A DNA stretch of 53,115 bases from positions 1 to 53,115 of the forward strand of contig JALEIY010000129.1 in the NCBI GenBank assembly GCA_022769785.1, given 5' to 3'. Positions within the stretch are counted from its first letter, which is position 1. Each line of letters starts with the position of its first letter. Of the stretch, positions 47,382 to 53,115 are shown piece by piece. The stretch comes from Eubacterium sp. Its GTDB lineage: Bacteria; Bacillota; Clostridia; Lachnospirales; Lachnospiraceae. The translations under genes and the position numbers were made by a program. The notes below the pieces were generated by a model, which saw nothing but the letters and a program-made list of their open reading frames with translations, made no database searches and had not been told where the DNA came from.

Positions 47382-48310
47382 GAATCGTATTTATGGGAAC
47401 GCCGGATTTTGCCGTTCCGGCGCTGGAAAAACTGATAGAGGCACATGAAGTTGTTGCGGTGGTCACTCAGCCGGATAAAAGAAAAGGAAGAGGAAAAGCC
47501 ATGGCCTTTCCTCCGGTAAAAGAGGCGGCTCTTGCTCATGATATTCCGGTTTATCAGCCGTTAAAAGTGAAGGAAGAAGAGTTTCAGAAAGAACTGTTTG
47601 CGCTGGCTCCGGACGTAATCGTTGTGGCAGCTTTTGGACAGATTCTTCCGGAGTCCATCCTGAACCTGCCAAAATACGGCTGTATCAATATCCATGCTTC
47701 TCTGCTGCCGAAATATCGTGGCGCAGCCCCGATTCAGTGGGCAGTCATTAACGGAGAAAAAGAGAGTGGAATCACCACAATGTATATGGCGAAAGGGCTG
47801 GATACCGGAGATATGCTGGAAAAGGTAACCGTTCCTCTTACCGAAGAGGAAACCGGTGACAGTCTTCATGATAAACTGGCGGCACTGGGCGGAGATTTAA
47901 TACTGTCTACTCTTGAAAAACTGGAAAATGGAACGGCAGTGAGAACGGTACAGGATGATTCCTTAAGCTGTTATGCCAGAATGCTGACCAAGGAAATGGG
48001 GGAAATCGACTGGAATCAGGATGCGGTTTCCATTGAACGCAAAATCCGGGGACTGAATTCCTGGCCGAGCGCCTATACCCATCTGGGAGACAAAACATTA
48101 AAAATCTGGAAAGCGCAGGTGGAAGAAACCACACCGGAGACGGAAGAGGCCGCACCGGGAACCATTGTCCGGGTGGAAAAAGACAGCTTTGCCGTAAAAA
48201 CAGGAAGCAATCTTCTGAAAGTGACGGAAGTACAGCTTCAGGGAAAGAAAAGAATGCCGGTGCAGGCATTTTTACTGGGATATAAATTAGAAGAAGGCAC
48301 CAGCCTCTGA
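47378..48310 (+). CDS. fmt: Methionyl-tRNA formyltransferase
   Basis: FMGTPDFA and HASLLPKYRGAAP motifs. Confidence 0.97.
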   Translation: MRIVFMGTPDFAVPALEKLIEAHEVVAVVTQPDKRKGRGKAMAFPPVKEAALAHDIPVYQPLKVKEEEFQKELFALAPDVIVVAAFGQILPESILNLPKYGCINIHASLLPKYRGAAPIQWAVINGEKESGITTMYMAKGLDTGDMLEKVTVPLTEEETGDSLHDKLAALGGDLILSTLEKLENGTAVRTVQDDSLSCYARMLTKEMGEIDWNQDAVSIERKIRGLNSWPSAYTHLGDKTLKIWKAQVEETTPETEEAAPGTIVRVEKDSFAVKTGSNLLKVTEVQLQGKKRMPVQAFLLGYKLEEGTSL

Positions 48311-48321
48311 AAGGAAAGATT

Positions 48322-49674
48322 ATGGCGGAACGAACCGATATGAGAGAAGCGGCTCTTGACACCCTGATTGATATGGAAAAAAACGGAAAGCTCTCCCATG
48401 TTGCCATCGGAGAAGCGCTGATGCGGCTGCAGTATGCGCCAAAGCAGGACCGGGCATTTTTTACCCGTCTTTGTGAAGGCGTCATGGAAAAACGGATTTA
48501 CCTTGACTATATTCTGGACAGCTACTCCAAAATAAAAATGAAAAAATGCAAGCCCTTCATCCGCAATCTTTTGCGGTTGTCTGCCTACCAGATTCTGTGT
48601 ATGAATGTGAGGGATGCGGCAGCCTGCAGTGAGGCCGTGGCACTGGCAAAAAAGAGGGGATTTCGCAATCTTTCCGGCTTTGTCAACGGAGTGCTTCGAA
48701 CCGTGGCAAGACAGAAGGGAAACCTTCCTCTGCCGGAGAGAGAAAAAGACCCTTTACAGTGGGCCAGCGTGAATTATTCCATGCCGGTCTGGCTCACGGA
48801 GCTTTTTATAAAGCAGTACGGAGAAGAAAAAGCGGTACAGATACTGGATTCCTTTTTGCAGGTGCGGCCGGTTTCCATTCGGACAAACTGTGCAAAAATC
48901 ACTCCGGAACGACTCCATGAACTTTTAAAGGAAGAAAAAGTATCCGTAGAACCGGGAAAATATTTCTCCTATGCCTTCCGTATCGGAGATTTTAATTATC
49001 TGGGTAAGCTTTCTGCTTTTCAGAAAGGATATTTTTCCGTACAGGATGAAAGCTCCATGTTTCCGGTGGAGATGGCAGGAATTCGCCCGGGTCAGATCAT
49101 TCTTGATGTCTGTGCTGCTCCCGGAGGAAAAACCTTCCATGCCGCAGACCGGACAGGAGAACAGGGATGTGTCATCGCAAGAGATTTGACAGAGTATAAG
49201 ACAGAATTCATTAAAGAAAATAACGACAGAATTGGATATAATCAGATAGAGATACAGGAGTGGGATGCCACGGTCTTCGATGAGAGTATGGAAGAAAAGG
49301 CAGACGTAGTCCTGGCGGACCTTCCATGCAGCGGCCTTGGAATTATGGGACGCAAAAATGACATAAAATATCATGTGACAAAGGAGCAGCTTTCCGAGCT
49401 TCAGGCTTTACAGAGAAAAATACTGTCTGTGGTCTGGAAATATGTAAAACCGGGCGGCATACTTGTCTATTCCACCTGCACTTTAAACCGGGGAGAAAAC
49501 GAGGAAAATGTCCGCTGGATTGAAGAAAACACACCACTTCGTGCCGTATCTCTCGAAGAAAGCCTGCCGGAGGCGCTTCGGGGAAGAACCGGGGAAAAGG
49601 GATATCTTACCCTTCTTCCGGGAGTGGATGATACAGATGGTTTCTTTGTCTCAAAATTTGTGAGGGAAAAATAA
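48322..49674 (+). CDS. rsmB: 16S rRNA m5C967 methyltransferase
   Basis: NusB-like N-terminus (FVNGVLR), CAAPGGK, DLPCSG and YSTCT motifs. Confidence 0.95.
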   Translation: MAERTDMREAALDTLIDMEKNGKLSHVAIGEALMRLQYAPKQDRAFFTRLCEGVMEKRIYLDYILDSYSKIKMKKCKPFIRNLLRLSAYQILCMNVRDAAACSEAVALAKKRGFRNLSGFVNGVLRTVARQKGNLPLPEREKDPLQWASVNYSMPVWLTELFIKQYGEEKAVQILDSFLQVRPVSIRTNCAKITPERLHELLKEEKVSVEPGKYFSYAFRIGDFNYLGKLSAFQKGYFSVQDESSMFPVEMAGIRPGQIILDVCAAPGGKTFHAADRTGEQGCVIARDLTEYKTEFIKENNDRIGYNQIEIQEWDATVFDESMEEKADVVLADLPCSGLGIMGRKNDIKYHVTKEQLSELQALQRKILSVVWKYVKPGGILVYSTCTLNRGENEENVRWIEENTPLRAVSLEESLPEALRGRTGEKGYLTLLPGVDDTDGFFVSKFVREK

Positions 49675-50724
49675 ATGGCAGAATGGACAGATTTAAGATC
49701 CATGAATATGGAGGAGCTTTCGCAGTGCCTCCTGGAAAACGGAGAGAAACGCTTCCGTGCAAAGCAGATTTATGAATGGCTGCATAAAAAGCTGGTGAGA
49801 ACACCGGAAGAAATGAAAAACGTCCCGGCAAAATGCAGGGAGAAGCTTATTTTGGAGCATCCCCTGTATGGTGTGACGGAGGTGGAACGCTATGTTTCCA
49901 AAATTGACGGAACCATGAAGTTCCTTTTTGCACTTCATGACGGAAATATGATTGAAAGCGTTCTGATGAAATATAAACATGGTAATTCCGTATGTATTTC
50001 CTCACAGGCCGGCTGCAGGATGGGCTGCCGCTTTTGTGCTTCCACACTGATGGGACTGGCAAGAAATCTTTATCCCTCCGAAATGCTTGACCAGATTTAT
50101 GCCATACAGAAAGCCACAGGAGAAAGGGTCTCCCATGTGGTGGTTATGGGAACCGGGGAACCTTTTGACAATTTTGATGCCTTAAGCCGTATGATTGAGA
50201 TGCTCTGCGACTCCGACGGATTAAATATCGGTCACAGAAATATTACCGTTTCAACCTGCGGGATTGTCCCAAAGATTTATGAGTTTGCCGATACCCATCC
50301 GCAGATTACCCTGGCTATTTCCCTTCATGCGCCGGATGATGCATTAAGAAAAACGCTTATGCCGATTGCAAACCGGTATTCCATGGAAGAACTGATGAAA
50401 GCGGCCCGGTATTATGTCAGTCGGACCGGGCGTCGAATCACCTTTGAATACAGTCTGGTAAAAGATGTAAACGATAAAAAGGAACACGCCGATAAGCTGA
50501 CTGCTCTTGTAAAAGGAATGAACTGTCATATTAATCTGATTCCGGTGAATCCGGTGAAAGAGAGAGGATATCAGCAGTCAGAACAGAATAATGTGGCTGC
50601 ATTTATGCATATGTTAAAGCAGCAGCATATTCAGGTGACGGTGCGTCGGGAGATGGGAAGAGACATTTCCGCCGCCTGCGGACAGCTCAGAAAGCGTTAT
50701 AAAGAAAGGAGTGAGGAGGAATGA
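49675..50724 (+). CDS. rlmN: 23S rRNA m2A2503 radical SAM methyltransferase
   Basis: CISSQAGCRMGCRFC, MGTGEP and AACGQL motifs. Confidence 0.96.
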   Translation: MAEWTDLRSMNMEELSQCLLENGEKRFRAKQIYEWLHKKLVRTPEEMKNVPAKCREKLILEHPLYGVTEVERYVSKIDGTMKFLFALHDGNMIESVLMKYKHGNSVCISSQAGCRMGCRFCASTLMGLARNLYPSEMLDQIYAIQKATGERVSHVVVMGTGEPFDNFDALSRMIEMLCDSDGLNIGHRNITVSTCGIVPKIYEFADTHPQITLAISLHAPDDALRKTLMPIANRYSMEELMKAARYYVSRTGRRITFEYSLVKDVNDKKEHADKLTALVKGMNCHINLIPVNPVKERGYQQSEQNNVAAFMHMLKQQHIQVTVRREMGRDISAACGQLRKRYKERSEEE

Positions 50725-51452
50725 TATCTTACGGAGCGACAGATATAGGAAGAAGACGCAAAATCAATCAGGATGCCCTGTTTTTTTCTGACAAGCCGGT
50801 AGGATGCTTTCCAAATCTTTATATAGTAGCCGATGGAATGGGAGGCCATAAAGCCGGAGATAAGGCATCCTCCTATGCAGTTTCCCGCTTTGTGGAGCTG
50901 GCAAAGACAACCGAAAAAACCATGCCATTGATGGTGATGGAGAAGCTGATTTGTCAGGTAAATAAAGAAGTTTACCAAATGTCTGAGAGTCAGGAAGAAT
51001 ATGCCGGTATGGGAACGACCTTTGTGGCGGCAACGGTCATCGGAAGCACGGTTTATGTGATGAATATCGGAGACAGCCGGTTGTATTATTTTGGAGAGCA
51101 ATTAAAACAGGTGACCATGGACCATTCGCTGGTAGAGGAACTGGTGCGGGCCGGAGAACTGGACCGGGAAAAAAGCCGCAATCACCCACAGAAAAATATT
51201 ATCACGAGAGCAGTGGGTGTGACACAAACCGTGGAACCGGATTATTTTATGCTGGAGCTTTCAGAAAAAGAGGAAATTCTTCTTTGTTCCGATGGCCTTT
51301 CCAATATGGTAGAGGATGAACGCCTCGAGGAGATTCTTGCTGCTGTTGACGATATCAAAGAAGCGGTGGAGATGTGTATTGATGAGGCTCTATTTTACGG
51401 AGGCAGTGATAACATCGCAGTCATCATCGCCCGGTGTGATAACGGGAGGTGA
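50721..51452 (+). CDS. stp: PP2C-type Ser/Thr phosphatase (Stp1/PrpC)
   Basis: VADGMGGH, GMGTT, GDSR, CSDGL and GSDN motifs. Confidence 0.95.
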   Translation: MISYGATDIGRRRKINQDALFFSDKPVGCFPNLYIVADGMGGHKAGDKASSYAVSRFVELAKTTEKTMPLMVMEKLICQVNKEVYQMSESQEEYAGMGTTFVAATVIGSTVYVMNIGDSRLYYFGEQLKQVTMDHSLVEELVRAGELDREKSRNHPQKNIITRAVGVTQTVEPDYFMLELSEKEEILLCSDGLSNMVEDERLEEILAAVDDIKEAVEMCIDEALFYGGSDNIAVIIARCDNGR

Positions 51453-51457
51453 CAGGG

Positions 51458-53115
51458 ATGATACAGAGCGGTACCATATTAAATGGAAGATATGAGATAC
51501 TGGAACATATTGGCTCCGGTGGTATGGCAGATGTGTACAGAGCAAGATGCCATAAGGAGAATCGGTTTGTTGCCGTAAAGATATTACGCCAGGAGTATAA
51601 TGACGACGAGGCATTTGTACGAAAGTTTATCCGTGAGGCGCAGTCCACTGCCGAACTGCATCATCCGAATCTCGTGGATATCTACGATGCGGGAAATGAA
51701 AATGGGATTCATTATATCGTCATGGAACTGGCCGAGGGTATGACGCTGAAACGGTATATTCGCCGGTATGGAAGGCTCAGCGCCAGAGAAACGGTGGATT
51801 TTGCCATTCAGATTGCCGGTGCGATTTCCGTTGCCCATAAAAACGGAATTGTCCATCGGGACATCAAGCCTCAGAATATCCTGGTGTCTGACCGTGGCGT
51901 TATCAAGGTGACAGATTTCGGAATCGCAAAGGCGGCAACGGGAGACACCGTTTCTGCCAATACGATGGGGTCTGTGCGCTATCTTTCTCCGGAACAGGCA
52001 AGAGGCGGATATTCAGACAGCAGAAGTGACATTTACTCTCTGGGAATTACAATTTATGAGATGGCAACGGGAAGAGTTCCTTTTGACGGGGATAATGCGG
52101 TGGCGATCGCCCTGATGCATCTTCAGGAGGAAATCACTCCGCCGCGCTGCTTTTTCCCGGATATTCCGGTCAGCCTGGAAAATATTATTTTAAAATGTAC
52201 CATGAAGCATCCGGAAGAACGTTATCAGACAGCCCAGCAGCTGATTGATGATTTGAAACAGGTATTTGATTCTCCGGACGGCACTTATGTTTATGTCAAT
52301 CCGGTAGTGGATGATTGCCCGACCAGAAAACGGACGGAAGAGGATATGGAAGCAATCCGCCAGTCTCTGGGAAAAAGCAGTAAAGAAACCGTTACCGGAC
52401 AGGATACCATTTCTGCTGCACAAAGAGAAGATGCGGAAGATTATGAGGATGAAGAAGATGACGAACATGTCGGACCAAAAATGCAGAAGGTTGCGATGCT
52501 TATCACAATCGTTCTGGGGGTTCTTCTGGCCTGCTTTATCATTTTCTTCCTTGGCAGATCGTTAAGACGACTGGGTTCCGAAGGAAATACGACGGAAAAG
52601 GCATCCACTGAAATATCCACGGAGAAAACAACAGAGGAAACCGTTAAGGTAAAAGTTCCGAGTTTCCTTGGCCTTTCCATGGAAAAAGCAAAGGAAAGAG
52701 CGCAGCATCATTCTCTGAAGGCAGAATTTGAATACGATGATAATATTGACGATGAGGTGAAGGAAGACGACCTTGTCGTAATTAAGCAGCAGTATGATTC
52801 CGGAAAAGAAGTGGAGGAGGGAGCCACAGTGCTTCTGACTCTTGGCATGGACGAAGCATCCACACAGCCGGAGAGGATTGAAGTGCCGGTTCTTATGAAT
52901 TACACCGAGGAACAGGCGCAGCAGATATTAGAGCAGGCTGGTCTTAAGATGAAATAGATATATGCCGACAGCTCTACCGTAAAAGAAAATTATGTAATCC
53001 GGCAGAATCCGACAGCCGGAAGCATTGTAGACAAAGGCTTTACCGTCACAGTGACAATCAGCCGTGGCGTAAAACAGGTTCGGGTGCCGTCCTTAAGCGG
53101 GCTTACCCAGGAGGC
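51458..53115 (+). CDS. pknB: PASTA-domain Ser/Thr kinase (PknB/PrkC/Stk1); in-frame TAG at 52955-52957; frame runs off the window
   Basis: GSGGMA, VAVK, HRDIKPQN, DFGIA and SPEQ motifs, TM helix and PASTA repeats. The reading frame continues as PASTA sequence after the TAG. Confidence 0.93.

Noticed and set aside
1-53115. CRISPR array, rRNA or tRNA genes
   Set aside because: Intergenic gaps are short and show no regularly spaced repeats or cloverleaf-like sequences.

Overview
Chromosomal window of an endospore-forming Clostridia member; spoIVA and the gene content suggest Lachnospiraceae, which is an inference. Most of it is housekeeping: a two-component system plus ABC exporter, asnS-asnA, ogt, galE, an LCP/TagA-like pair, cdaR, ctpA, spoIVA, rnhA, a small alarmone synthetase, several RNA-modification enzymes, recU, yloC-remA-gmk-rpoZ, murE and priA-def-fmt-rsmB-rlmN-stp-pknB. 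The exception is a tightly coupled 12-gene, ~12.5 kb operon (8397-20854): nifH-like, nifD-like, nifK-like, hypF, hypC, hypD, hypE, TM1266-type regulator, a second nifH/D/K-like triad, and hydE. It combines two non-diazotrophic (group IV-type) nitrogenase-like reductases with the Fe(CN)2CO-building half of the [NiFe]-hydrogenase maturation machinery and one [FeFe]-hydrogenase maturase. The window holds no hydrogenase, hypAB, hydFG or nifB/E/N. A ~250-nt leader ending in a terminator/SD-sequestering hairpin precedes the operon. This is the best candidate for an undescribed metallocofactor/reductase system. pknB also has an in-frame TAG inside a PASTA domain, and the frame continues intact beyond it. 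No rRNA, tRNA, CRISPR array or transposase was recognised. All calls come from reading motifs by eye; no searches were run.
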